In this document: in pieces, positions 22,990 to 32,224 of the stretch | How the letters are laid out: every line of letters begins with the position of its first letter | How positions within the stretch are numbered: position 1 is the first letter of the stretch | Program-made: the position numbers and the translations under genes | IMG/VR virus record: IMGVR_UViG_3300031525_000002 | Reading direction: 5' to 3' (one strand) | DNA: 64,000 bases | DNA from: an uncultured virus (IMG/VR IMGVR_UViG_3300031525_000002) | Lineage: Duplodnaviria > Heunggongvirae > Uroviricota > Caudoviricetes | The notes under the pieces: model-generated | Told to the model about the DNA's origin: nothing | The model's input: only the letters and a program-made list of their open reading frames with translations | The model's database searches: none

Positions 22990-24256
22990 GTTCCTGCTCA
23001 AGCTCGGCGATGTTCCGGTCACTGTCGTACAGGACGATGACGGGTCGTTCGTGCTCCCGGAGAGGCTTCGGGGCCAGGGCGGTACTGCGCTGAAACCAGC
23101 ATGGGAGCCCATCGTCCTCGCGCGCAAGCCGCTCGACGGCACCATGGCCGAGAACATCGCGCGCTGGGGCGTCGGGCCCATCGCCATCGACGCGTGCCGC
23201 ATCGGGTTCGCCTCGGATGGTGACGAGCACGAGTCGAAGACCAAGAACGACCACGAGGCGTTCGGCAGCGGCGCGCGCGGTCAGGCCACCGCGTTCAGCG
23301 CACACACTGCTCCGCGCGCGTCCTACGCGGCTCCGGGCCGCTGGCCCGCGAATCTGCTGCTCAGTCACGACGACCGGTGCATGCCGAAAGCGACTAGGCG
23401 CGTGAACGGCTCTGCTCGAGGCGGCCCGTCACCCGGTCATCGTGGCAACGGTTTCGGGCACGCCAACGGTCGCGGACCGGACCCGCGCTTCTACGCGGAC
23501 GCGGATGGCAAGGAAGAAGTGGAGAACTGGGAGTGCGTGCCTGACTGCCCGGTGCGCCTGCTCGACGAGCAAAGCGGCGTTACGACCTCGGGCGCGATGA
23601 CACACGATGTCAACGGCTACGATGGCGAGTCCGTCACCGGTTTCGTCCGTGGCCGCTCCGGTCCGTCGAACCAGCGCGCTGATACTGGAGGCGCCTCGCG
23701 CTTCTTCTTCTGCGCGAAGGTTTCTACGAGGGAGCGTGAGCTTGGCTGCGAGGGTCTCCCCCTGCGCGACACGACCGAGACCGTACAACGCGACCCGGAC
23801 AGCGCGGGCGTCCAGTCCCCCCGAGCTGGTGCGCAACGCGGAGCGGGCGCCCCCATCCTCAAGTGCTCGGTCTGCGGCCTGAACCTGAACAGCGGGGAGC
23901 GCGCGGGAACGCCCTGCACCGATGGTGACGAGCACACGCCCGTCGAGGTCGGGCGCGGGGCGAAGGTACGCAACCACCACGTGAGCCTCAAGCCCATCAA
24001 GCTCATCACCTACCTCGCCACCCTCATCAAGCCGCCCATCGCGGGTCGCCTCCTCGTGCCGTACAGCGGCGCCGGCAGCGAGATGATCGGTGCCATGAGG
24101 GCAGGCTGGGAGGAGATCGTTGGTGTCGAGCAGGACGTGGAGTACGTCGCCATCGCCAAGGCGCGCCTCAAGCGCTGGGCCGAGGTGCCCGCGCACGTCG
24201 ACCCGCTGGTGACGAAGCCCGAGCCGAAGCTTGCGGCGCAGGGAGCGCTCTTCTGA
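22982..24256 (+). CDS. DNA N4/N6 methyltransferase, C-terminal half
   Basis: GTALKPAWEPIVLARKPL, GRWPAN, GGASRFFFCAK, NHHVSLKP, PYSGAGSE (motif I), GVEQD. Confidence 0.85.
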   Translation: MREFLLKLGDVPVTVVQDDDGSFVLPERLRGQGGTALKPAWEPIVLARKPLDGTMAENIARWGVGPIAIDACRIGFASDGDEHESKTKNDHEAFGSGARGQATAFSAHTAPRASYAAPGRWPANLLLSHDDRCMPKATRRVNGSARGGPSPGHRGNGFGHANGRGPDPRFYADADGKEEVENWECVPDCPVRLLDEQSGVTTSGAMTHDVNGYDGESVTGFVRGRSGPSNQRADTGGASRFFFCAKVSTRERELGCEGLPLRDTTETVQRDPDSAGVQSPRAGAQRGAGAPILKCSVCGLNLNSGERAGTPCTDGDEHTPVEVGRGAKVRNHHVSLKPIKLITYLATLIKPPIAGRLLVPYSGAGSEMIGAMRAGWEEIVGVEQDVEYVAIAKARLKRWAEVPAHVDPLVTKPEPKLAAQGALF

Positions 24257-24669
24257 TGCCCACCCTCGCCCCCCGCATCCCCAAGCGTCGCACCGAGGCC
24301 ACGGTCCAGGCGGAAGTCCGCCTTGCGCTGAACCGGCTCGAAGGCGTCACCGTGTGGCGCAACGCGCGCGGGTACGACGAGGAGCGCAAGGTGACGTACG
24401 GGCTCGCGCCGGGGGCCGCCGACCTCGTGGGCGTGATGACCGTCAGCGTCTACCAGCGTGCGGGCCTCTCCTCGCCGCCACTGGGGGTGGCCATCTTCGT
24501 CGAGCTCAAGAATCCACGTAGGGGGTCCCTCGAGCCGGACCAGGTGACGTTCCGTGAGGTGGTCCTGAAGCTCGGTGCCGTTCACGTCGTCGCCCGCTCC
24601 GCCGACGAGGCTGTCGAGCAGGTGACGATGGCCCGTCACCGCATCGAGGGAGGCGTGTTCCGTGGCTGA
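24256..24669 (+). CDS. VRR-NUC domain nuclease (resolvase-like)
   Basis: E..VQ...WRN...G.ADL...FVELK...G.L...Q. Confidence 0.8.
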   Translation: MPTLAPRIPKRRTEATVQAEVRLALNRLEGVTVWRNARGYDEERKVTYGLAPGAADLVGVMTVSVYQRAGLSSPPLGVAIFVELKNPRRGSLEPDQVTFREVVLKLGAVHVVARSADEAVEQVTMARHRIEGGVFRG

Positions 24670-25272
24670 CACCGTCGCTCTCGACAAGCTGCTCGGCGAG
24701 GTGACGACCCTCGTGCTCAAGGCGGAGGGGTCCTTCCGCGACACCATCTCGTGCTACCGCGCGCTCGAGCACGCCGAGAGCGCCATCGCCTCGCACCCCG
24801 ACGCGACTCCTCTCGACCGCGACATCGCCACGCGCGGGGCCGCGAACGCTGCGCGCATTCTCGCGCTCCTAGAAGGAGGCGCTCGTGGGTAAGGTGCGCT
24901 CCACCGACTCCGTCGAGAAGCTCTTTCCCAACGCTGCTGGCAGGAAGGCTGCGGACGAGGCAATTGATGCGCTGCCGGTGACGCTCAGCATGAGCGAATT
25001 CATGACGGCTTGGGAAACCGCTTACTGGGAGAGGTGCGGCAAGAGTCCGCTGAGAGAAAGGTGAGTGAGGTCATGGATAAGGATTCCGCAGATAACATCG
25101 CCAAAGCCATCAAGGCTCTGGCCGACTCGATCGCGCCACGCGGAGTTGCGCCGGGGACTGACGCCCAAGGAGTCTCCGTTGGCAGCCTTGCCGAAGCGGT
25201 GATGGGAGTGACCGCTGCGCTCACGGACATCGCTCGCACCATACAAGATGTCGCCGACAAGCTGGACCGGTC

Positions 25273-25827
25273 GTGACCGTGTCCGTGCCCTTTCAAGAGT
25301 GCCGTCTCTTCCCTCCTCCTCCGCGTGATCCCATCGGCAAGCGTCAGCGCTTCCGCATTCTCACGCGTGACGACTACCGATGCCGCTACTGCGGGCATGG
25401 GCCGCCTGAGGTGAAGGTGCACGTCGACCACGTGCTCGCCGTCGCTTTGGGCGGCAAGACGGTGGACGACAACCTCGTTGCCGCGTGCTTCGACTGCAAC
25501 ATCGGCAAGAGCGCCTCGCGGCTGCCAGGACCCGTGCCTCGACGACGCGCCGACCCCGAGGCTCCGGAACCTCCCGAGCCGGTCGTATCCCACTACGACG
25601 CTGCGCTCGCTGCAGCGTGGCTTCGCTCTCACGGATGGGACGTAGGCCCCTCCCGCGCACGTCTCGGCGCCTACAGCATTCCGTCGCCGCTCAATTCTCG
25701 ATGGGTCGGCTGGTCGGGAGGCAAATACCCGCTCCACGACATTGCGTGCTTCGAAAACCTCTGCGCGACGGAGATGGCGCGTCGGATGACCATCGACCTC
25801 AGCCGCCCACCGAACCCCTACCGATGA
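25273..25827 (+). CDS. HNH endonuclease
   Basis: RFRILTRDDYRCRYCG...HVDHV....GG....NLVAACFDCNIGKS. Confidence 0.85.
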   Translation: MTVSVPFQECRLFPPPPRDPIGKRQRFRILTRDDYRCRYCGHGPPEVKVHVDHVLAVALGGKTVDDNLVAACFDCNIGKSASRLPGPVPRRRADPEAPEPPEPVVSHYDAALAAAWLRSHGWDVGPSRARLGAYSIPSPLNSRWVGWSGGKYPLHDIACFENLCATEMARRMTIDLSRPPNPYR

Positions 25828-26002
25828 CAACGATCCGCTTCCACGTTCACCGTTGGCTCGTCGAGATCACCGAGGTCGAGGCACTCTCAGACCCATGGGA
25901 GGCCCCCACCCGCAACTGGCTTCGTGACGCTCCCACCCGAGTGACGGTCGTTGACGTGCTCGACGGCCCGCTCTCGTACCGCCCCGGTTACGGGCGGCCC
26001 AC

Positions 26003-27574
26003 ATGAGCGATCCGCCCCCACCGCCGTCACGCCCCAGCATCGGCATCAAGAGTCCTCCCACTGGGAGCGGCGAGACTCCGACCCCGTCGGACGTGCACAT
26101 CAACGGCACGACGCATGTGATCTACGGGCTCAAGAACGCCGACCCACTCGGGCGGCTCACTGACCTCGAGACGCTGCCGTCCGAGTGGATGCGCGCGCTT
26201 CTCTGGGTCTCTCGGACCGAGGGCAAGGGCGACAACGCCTGTACGTGGTACGTGCCCAAGGCTTGCACGGCCAACGCCTGCACGATTCTCTCGATGGATG
26301 AGCGCTGGGCGAACGTCATCGCGCGCGACGAATTCGCCGAGTGCGACATGATTCGCTCGCCCCCTCCGTGGCATCCGGTCGATGGCGTGGGCTCCAAGCT
26401 CGGACCGTGGACGGACGCCGACACGACTCGCCTCCAGATGTGGTTCGACCGAGCCTACGGCATCTTCCTCCGCCCCACCGACCTCGAGCGCGTCGTAGCC
26501 GTAGTCGCGGAGGGTCGTAAGTACCATCCCGTTCGCGACTGGCTCGACTCGCTCGTCTGGGACGGGAAGAGGCGTATCCCAACGTGGCTGACGGACGTGA
26601 TGGGGTGCGCCGACACACCTTACGTACGAGCTGTTGGGCAGGCGTGGGCCGTCTCCGCCATTGCGCGCGCGTACAAGCCCGGCTGCAAGGTCGACACTGT
26701 CCTCGTGCTCGAGGGGAAGCCGGGAACCTTCAAGAGTTCCGTCTTGCGAGCCCTCGTTGGCGACGAGTGGTTCCTCGAGATGGCGATCACCGACGTGTCC
26801 AACAAGGACGCGTTGCAGGTGCTGCGGTCAAAGTGGATTGCAGAGTTCCCCGAGATCGATGGGCTCTCCCGTAACGAGCAGGCGGCCGTCAAGTCGTACT
26901 TCTCTCGCCAGGTCGACACCTACCGAGCGAGCTACGGCCGTGGGAGCAAGGACTATCCGCGGCAGACCGTCTTCGCCGCGACGACGAACAAGAGCGAGTG
27001 GCTGACGGACGAGACCGGCGGCACCGGGCGTCGTATGTGGCCGGTGAAGTGCACTCGTGGTGACGTGGCGATGGCGCGCGCGCTGCGCGACCAGTTTTGG
27101 GCTGAGGCCAAAGTCCGCTGGGAGTGTCACGAGGAGTGGCACATCACCGACCCAGAGATCATGGACGCCGAGCGTGCGGAGCAGGACGCTCGATTCCGAT
27201 CCGACCCGTGGGAGGAGACCGTCAGCGCGTGGCTCTGCAACGACGCTTCGGACATCGGGTCGAGGGCGGTTCTTGGCGTGACGGTCACCGATGTCCTCAG
27301 CGGCCCGCTCTCGCTTGACACCGCTCGTCGTGACCATGCCGCTGCGACGCGCGTGGGCTCGATCCTGCGTCGCCTCGGATGGATTCCTGGGAAGCAAGAG
27401 ACACGCAGCGGCGCTCGCGTTCGCCTCTACCGTCCAGCCACAGGGGCGGCCACGAACGGCGATCTGGAGCCACTCAGCGAACCCGACGGTGTCATCGACC
27501 TACTCGCCGCACGCGAGGAGTCGCTCCGCGACTCGCAGGCTCCAGAGGCGCTTACCCATCCTCGCAGGGTGTAA
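26003..27574 (+). CDS. VirE/VapE-family replicative helicase (primase-helicase C-terminal type)
   Basis: YHPVRDWL..L.WDG..R, PGCKVD..LVLEGKPGTFKS (Walker A), WIAEFPE, YRASYGR, ATTN, TGRRMWP. Confidence 0.85.
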   Translation: MSDPPPPPSRPSIGIKSPPTGSGETPTPSDVHINGTTHVIYGLKNADPLGRLTDLETLPSEWMRALLWVSRTEGKGDNACTWYVPKACTANACTILSMDERWANVIARDEFAECDMIRSPPPWHPVDGVGSKLGPWTDADTTRLQMWFDRAYGIFLRPTDLERVVAVVAEGRKYHPVRDWLDSLVWDGKRRIPTWLTDVMGCADTPYVRAVGQAWAVSAIARAYKPGCKVDTVLVLEGKPGTFKSSVLRALVGDEWFLEMAITDVSNKDALQVLRSKWIAEFPEIDGLSRNEQAAVKSYFSRQVDTYRASYGRGSKDYPRQTVFAATTNKSEWLTDETGGTGRRMWPVKCTRGDVAMARALRDQFWAEAKVRWECHEEWHITDPEIMDAERAEQDARFRSDPWEETVSAWLCNDASDIGSRAVLGVTVTDVLSGPLSLDTARRDHAAATRVGSILRRLGWIPGKQETRSGARVRLYRPATGAATNGDLEPLSEPDGVIDLLAAREESLRDSQAPEALTHPRRV

Positions 27575-27678
27575 CTTTGCGGCGTCATCATAATCGCACC
27601 AGTCGCTACTTGCTCCTACAGCACCATCGGTGTCGCTATAGTCTCGTCACCAATATTCGCGCACTTAGCGTCGAAAAG

Positions 27679-27862
27679 TGCACAGCCTGCACAGCCTGCC
27701 ACCCTGTTTCCATGGAGTTGCGTGAAACCCGTTCACCATCTGCACACCCTATACATGATCCGCGGGTGGGTGTGCAGGTGTGCATTAGGATCCAAGTGCG
27801 CGGTTTGGTTGAGAGAAGCACTGCACACCCATCATGTCGGTAGAGGCTGTGCAGGCTGTGCA
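27679..27862. repeat. Symmetric array of TGCACA(G/C)CC repeats; candidate replication origin
   Basis: Forward copies at 27679, 27688, 27741, 27822; reverse copies at 27768, 27777 (8 bp), 27845, 27854. Confidence 0.75.
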
Positions 27863-28351
27863 GTAACGTTGCGGTGATCTAACCACGCTCGGATGTCGTC
27901 CAAGTTGGGTGAGATCTTGACCCTCGGCAGCGCGTGAAGAAGCGCTCCTTACTGGCGTGGCGTCCTGGTACTGGTCGTGACGGTCCTTGCAGAGATAGTT
28001 TTCTCTGCCTTTCAGGACCGAATAGGTGAACGGCCATGGCACGAGCTCACGAATTGTGCGCAGATCGAGGTCCACGAGCTGCTGTTGCAGGGCGATATGG
28101 GCGGTGACAATGAGAACGCGTTTCTTGTAGAGAGACGCGTGGTACGAGGCGGGAACGCCATAAGCGAAGCTCTTGCCGGTGCCAGGTGGTCCTTCCACCA
28201 TGAGGGAGGTCTGCGAAAAGCAGGCTCGGTTGATTTCGTGCGCCGATCGAATCTGTGGTTCCCGAGGCACGTAGTGCCGCTTGATCCGTGACAGGTACCC
28301 ATCGATACCGAAGAACGCGTCAATGTACTCGTCGCTCGCGGGCATGCTCAC
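27785..28351 (-). pseudogene. N-terminal fragment of a DinG/YoaA-family helicase
   Basis: PREPQ, VEGPPGTGKSFAY, VLIVTAHIALQQQL..DL, LKGRENYLC; similarity stops after about 130 aa. Confidence 0.75.
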
Positions 28352-29127
28352 GGCTCCCTCTCCCCCTCCAGCCACGCAACGACCTTGACCGTCGCCCCGT
28401 CGAACTTCCCCGCGTTCACGTCGTCGCGGTACCGGCCCGCCGCCTCCCCCGCCTCGAGATTGTGCTGCCACCGAAACGGGAGCCCGGTACGCACATCGAT
28501 GGCGGTCGAGCGGTGGAAGATCGTCACGAACCGCATCGCCGCCCCCGTCGCTCAAGCATCTGCCGAAGCCGCTGGACGACATCGGACGAGCACATGACCG
28601 AGCCGCTGTCCGTGACGCACGACGTGTCGCAAATGGAGAAGACGGTGAGGACGTGTGACGGGGTGCCTTCGCGTCGCACAACGATGTGAGCAGCGTCGTC
28701 ACTCAAGAAGGTCCACGTGACGATGAGGCCGTGGCGCTCGGCGCCGGCGAGGACGCGCTCGCGGAATGTGGCGGGTGACGGGGCCATGCCGCGGAGGCCC
28801 ATCAGCGGCCCCCGTCGTGCGCGCAGGCGCAGAACTCGTAACCGACCTGACTGGGGGTCCGTGTCGAGCACCATGACGGGCATGAGCGCAACGCGTCACG
28901 CGTGATCTCGAGCGACGTGCGCTCCATCTGGAGGCGTACGTACTCGTGCCATCCGGCGTCGAGCGCCTCCTCGGCGCGCCGCCTGCGCTCCTCGGCGATG
29001 CCGGTCTGACGACCAATCTCGATGGCGTCGGTGACGATCTCGTCGCACGTGGGACGCCGCGTCTCCAACTCGGCCGGAGCGGTCGAGCACGAGCACGCGA
29101 CAGCCGCGAAGACGATGATGAGGTGCC

Positions 29128-29616
29128 TCATGCAAACAGTCCTTCCTGCGAACCGATGGCAGACATAGCCGCCGGCATACGCGATGGACGAAGCACGAAG
29201 GCGAGGAGCCCCCCTTCGGTCTCACCATCGCGCTCGAACCCGGCTTTGAGGAAACAGCGACCTGGATCGCGCTTCCGCCTTACCTTGCCGGCGTTCACGA
29301 ACGTCACCATCCCGAGCTCGGGAGGATCTCCGAAGAACGCGCGCGTGGCGGACACGGCATCAAGGATGAGGTCGCTGGAGCGGTAGAGATCGCGGCGTTC
29401 GTTCCGGAACGCAGAGCACACCCACGCCCCGCCCCAGCGATGCTTGACGTACTCCGCGAACGGCCACGAGGTCACCCAGAACGTGCCGGGCGCGAACAGC
29501 ACGAGGCAGCGCCCCGGAGGAACGAACTGGTCGGCGCCGATGGACTGTCGGTTGTAGTGGCGATCCGCGAGGTCGCGCGCGCGGGGGTCGGCGCGCCACG
29601 AAAGCGACCAGATCAT
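29128..29616 (-). CDS. Mom-like / GNAT-fold putative DNA base-modification protein
   Basis: ADRHYNR...PPGRCLVL...CSAFRNE...MVTFVN...PGRCFLKAGF; directly downstream of two C5 MTases. Confidence 0.5.
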   Translation of the reverse strand: MIWSLSWRADPRARDLADRHYNRQSIGADQFVPPGRCLVLFAPGTFWVTSWPFAEYVKHRWGGAWVCSAFRNERRDLYRSSDLILDAVSATRAFFGDPPELGMVTFVNAGKVRRKRDPGRCFLKAGFERDGETEGGLLAFVLRPSRMPAAMSAIGSQEGLFA

Positions 29617-30869
29617 CGCGTAGCCCAGAGCAAGGCTAGGACTCGTCGTCCGACGACCTCGGCGCAAGCGGGGACGACGGCATTCCCGAGAGCGCGGAGT
29701 CGAGCGTTGCGGTTGGGGGGTTGTCCGGTGACGGTGCGAGGCGGCTCCCACGCGTGCTGCGCTTCGCCGGGACCGGCAGGCCAGCGGTCCACCCGAGGGG
29801 GAAGCCCATGAGGCTCTCGACCCAGTCCGGCGACAGTTTCCCTCCCTCGGCCTTGGCGATCGTCTCCAAGCTCGGCGTCCCCGCACTCGGGCGCTCGAAC
29901 TCCCCCCCTTTGCCGTTGATCCCGTTCTGGCTCGAGCCGTACGGCGTCGCGCTGGGGGTCGGCCATGTCTCCCGTCCCGAGAGGAGCGCTGCCGCTTGCA
30001 GGTCGCCTCGGTCGTTTTCCCTCGGCTGGCCCGAGTGTGAGGCGCTCGCCTTTGGCGTCGGCCACGCTCCCGCTCGAACTGCGCCGAGCAGCGTCGGATT
30101 CCCGCGTACGTGCGTCTCGCTTCCCCGAGACCCGTCGGCCGCTTCCGGCGTCGGCCAGCGCCTCGGCTCCGTCGAACCACCCGTCGTCACCATGTCGGTC
30201 AGGCTCACCCCCGGATGCGCCTTCGACCCCTCCAGATTCCGCGAGCCGGAGGACTTCGCGTCGCCCGCCGTCGCCGTCGGCCAGTACCTCGGGTCGTCTT
30301 GGTAGCGACCGAGGACCCGGATGTCGAGCTTCGTCTGGCCCGGTGCGTTGCTCTCCTCCCCGTGGCCGTAGCTCATCGGGGTCGGCCAGTCGTCGCCACG
30401 CGATGATGAAGATTCGCTCTCGTCGATGAGGCGCGCCCACATCGGATGCACGTAGAGTCGACCACTCCGCATCGTACCCGAGCGCGGCAAGGTCTCCGAG
30501 AACTCGGTCCAGCCCCCGAACAAGGAGCGCTGAGACGTTTTCAACGACGACGATTCGTGGTCGAAGAACGCGAATGACTCGTGCGAATTCGGACCAGAGC
30601 CCACTTCGCTCGCCGTCGATTCCGGCACGCTTGCCGGCGTTGCTGATGTCCTGGCAAGGAAAGCCACCGCAGAGGAGGTCGACTGGTGGGGCGGTGGCGT
30701 CGATTGCTCGGACATCGGTGTACCTCGTTGCAGTGGGCCAGTGCTTCTCAAGCACCGCAAGGCAGAAGGGGTCGATCTCGCATTGGAAAACCACGGGACC
30801 GAGTCCGGCCCACTCGAGCCCGAGCTCAAGCCCTCCGATGCCTGAGAACAAACTTCCTATGCTCAGCAC
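29613..30869 (-). CDS. C5-cytosine DNA methyltransferase, alpha chain
   Basis: FSGIGG (I), GGFPCQDIS (IV), VENV (VI), HRRERIF (VIII), RLRALGNAVVP (X); motif IX not evident in this frame. Confidence 0.9.
   Translation of the reverse strand: MLSIGSLFSGIGGLELGLEWAGLGPVVFQCEIDPFCLAVLEKHWPTATRYTDVRAIDATAPPVDLLCGGFPCQDISNAGKRAGIDGERSGLWSEFARVIRVLRPRIVVVENVSALLVRGLDRVLGDLAALGYDAEWSTLRASDVGAPHRRERIFIIAWRRLADPDELRPRGGEQRTGPDEARHPGPRSLPRRPEVLADGDGGRREVLRLAESGGVEGASGGEPDRHGDDGWFDGAEALADAGSGRRVSGKRDARTRESDAARRSSSGSVADAKGERLTLGPAEGKRPRRPASGSAPLGTGDMADPQRDAVRLEPERDQRQRGGVRAPECGDAELGDDRQGRGRETVAGLGREPHGLPPRVDRWPAGPGEAQHAWEPPRTVTGQPPNRNARLRALGNAVVPACAEVVGRRVLALLWATR
29636..30715 (-). CDS. Nested alternative-frame ORF: putative C5-MTase beta chain (TRD repeats plus motif IX)
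   Basis: Open for 359 codons inside the alpha gene; five WPT(P/A) repeats; LSPDWVESLMGFPLGWT. Confidence 0.7.
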   Translation of the reverse strand: MSEQSTPPPHQSTSSAVAFLARTSATPASVPESTASEVGSGPNSHESFAFFDHESSSLKTSQRSLFGGWTEFSETLPRSGTMRSGRLYVHPMWARLIDESESSSSRGDDWPTPMSYGHGEESNAPGQTKLDIRVLGRYQDDPRYWPTATAGDAKSSGSRNLEGSKAHPGVSLTDMVTTGGSTEPRRWPTPEAADGSRGSETHVRGNPTLLGAVRAGAWPTPKASASHSGQPRENDRGDLQAAALLSGRETWPTPSATPYGSSQNGINGKGGEFERPSAGTPSLETIAKAEGGKLSPDWVESLMGFPLGWTAGLPVPAKRSTRGSRLAPSPDNPPTATLDSALSGMPSSPLAPRSSDDES

Positions 30870-32224
30870 GGGTTCGCCCCCAGCCATCGTCGAATCGAGC
30901 GCGCGACCGCCTCGGCGAGCGGCGCCGGCATCGCTTGGCCGATCATCGACCATCGCGCCTTCTTCGTCGCACCGAGGAATTGCCAGTCGTCGGGGAAGCC
31001 TTGCAGGATCGCAGCGGCCTTCTCGCTCAGCTTGATCGCGTTCGGGCCGTGACCCCGGTTGTCGCCCGTTGCGGTCTTGTCGTGGTGACCAGGAGGAGCG
31101 AGGCGGCCGCCGACGTCGGAGTGCACGACCGTCGCCGGACGCTCCCATGGCCAGTCGAGCACCTGCGCGCCTTGACCGCCACGGTCCTTCGCTCCAAGCG
31201 TCGGCGCCGGCGCATCAAGCGCAGCCGGCGGGTGCTTGCCGTTACGCGCGAGGACCTTGTCAGGCGTCGTGCCGGAGTGCGCGCGCACGGTGCGCGACGG
31301 TTCGTCGAAGGCGCTGGGCGGGTGGTGCGGCGTGACGATGAGAACGGAGCCGTCACCTTGGTTCTCTCGCGACGTGACGACGCCGGCAGGGGCGTCGATG
31401 GCAGACGCGCGCGGTCGCTTCGACGTCTTCTTCTTGCGAAGGCGCTCCGCCGACCTCGTCGCCTCCGTCTCCGGCGCGAGAACGTTCCCATCGCTCAAGC
31501 TGCTCGTGCCGACGACGCGCGCAGGCTCGTCGGGTGACGAGGCGATCTTCGCACCGTTCTGTCCGCGCCACCGGAGGCGGATGGGAGAGCCGAGCTCAGC
31601 GGGAGACAGGTGCCCAAGCGCTTGACGGCACGTCACCCACGGCGTCAGCGGCTCGAAGAGGTCGACGTTGCGCTCGCCGGGCGGGCCGTGCGTGCGGACG
31701 GGCCACGTGATGTGCGGGGTGCCCATAGGGTGAAGGAACCAAAAAGGCCGAATGCGGTGCTGGGGAACGCCGTACGCGGCTGCATCAAGGCGAGTGAAGT
31801 CGACGCAGTACCCGTCACGCGTGAGCCCGCCGATCGTCCTCTGCACGGTGGGCCAGTTGGGAGCGTCGTCGAGCCCCGGAACGTTCGCGATGAGCGCGAC
31901 GCGAGGTCGCATGAGGCGGACGATCTCGACGGTGACGAGGAGCATGTCGCGCTCGTCAGACGTGCCCTTGCGCTTACCCGCTCGACTCCACGGCGTGCAA
32001 GGTGGATCTCCGATAAATAGGTCGACTGCGCCGGGCGACCATCCTGCGCGCAGCATCCGCTCGAGGTCGCGGGCGTCCATGCCGACGGGGGCGTGACCGA
32101 GGTTTGCAGCGTACGACGCGCGCGCGTCAGGGTCCCAGTCGAAAGCCATCGTCACAGGCAGGCCGGCGCGACGGAAACCTTCGGCCATCCCGCCTGAGCA
32201 GCTGAAGACCTCGACGATATTCAC
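30863..32224 (-). CDS. C5-cytosine DNA methyltransferase, atypical, with repeated TRD-like segments
   Basis: FSCSGG, GDPPCTPWS, IANV, GVPQHRIR, LQGFPDDW, IGQAMP. Confidence 0.85.
   Translation of the reverse strand: MNIVEVFSCSGGMAEGFRRAGLPVTMAFDWDPDARASYAANLGHAPVGMDARDLERMLRAGWSPGAVDLFIGDPPCTPWSRAGKRKGTSDERDMLLVTVEIVRLMRPRVALIANVPGLDDAPNWPTVQRTIGGLTRDGYCVDFTRLDAAAYGVPQHRIRPFWFLHPMGTPHITWPVRTHGPPGERNVDLFEPLTPWVTCRQALGHLSPAELGSPIRLRWRGQNGAKIASSPDEPARVVGTSSLSDGNVLAPETEATRSAERLRKKKTSKRPRASAIDAPAGVVTSRENQGDGSVLIVTPHHPPSAFDEPSRTVRAHSGTTPDKVLARNGKHPPAALDAPAPTLGAKDRGGQGAQVLDWPWERPATVVHSDVGGRLAPPGHHDKTATGDNRGHGPNAIKLSEKAAAILQGFPDDWQFLGATKKARWSMIGQAMPAPLAEAVARSIRRWLGANPC

Noticed and set aside
22450..23090. 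Group I intron or intein in the MTase
   Set aside because: No non-coding space for a ribozyme core, the reading frames differ, and there are no intein terminal motifs
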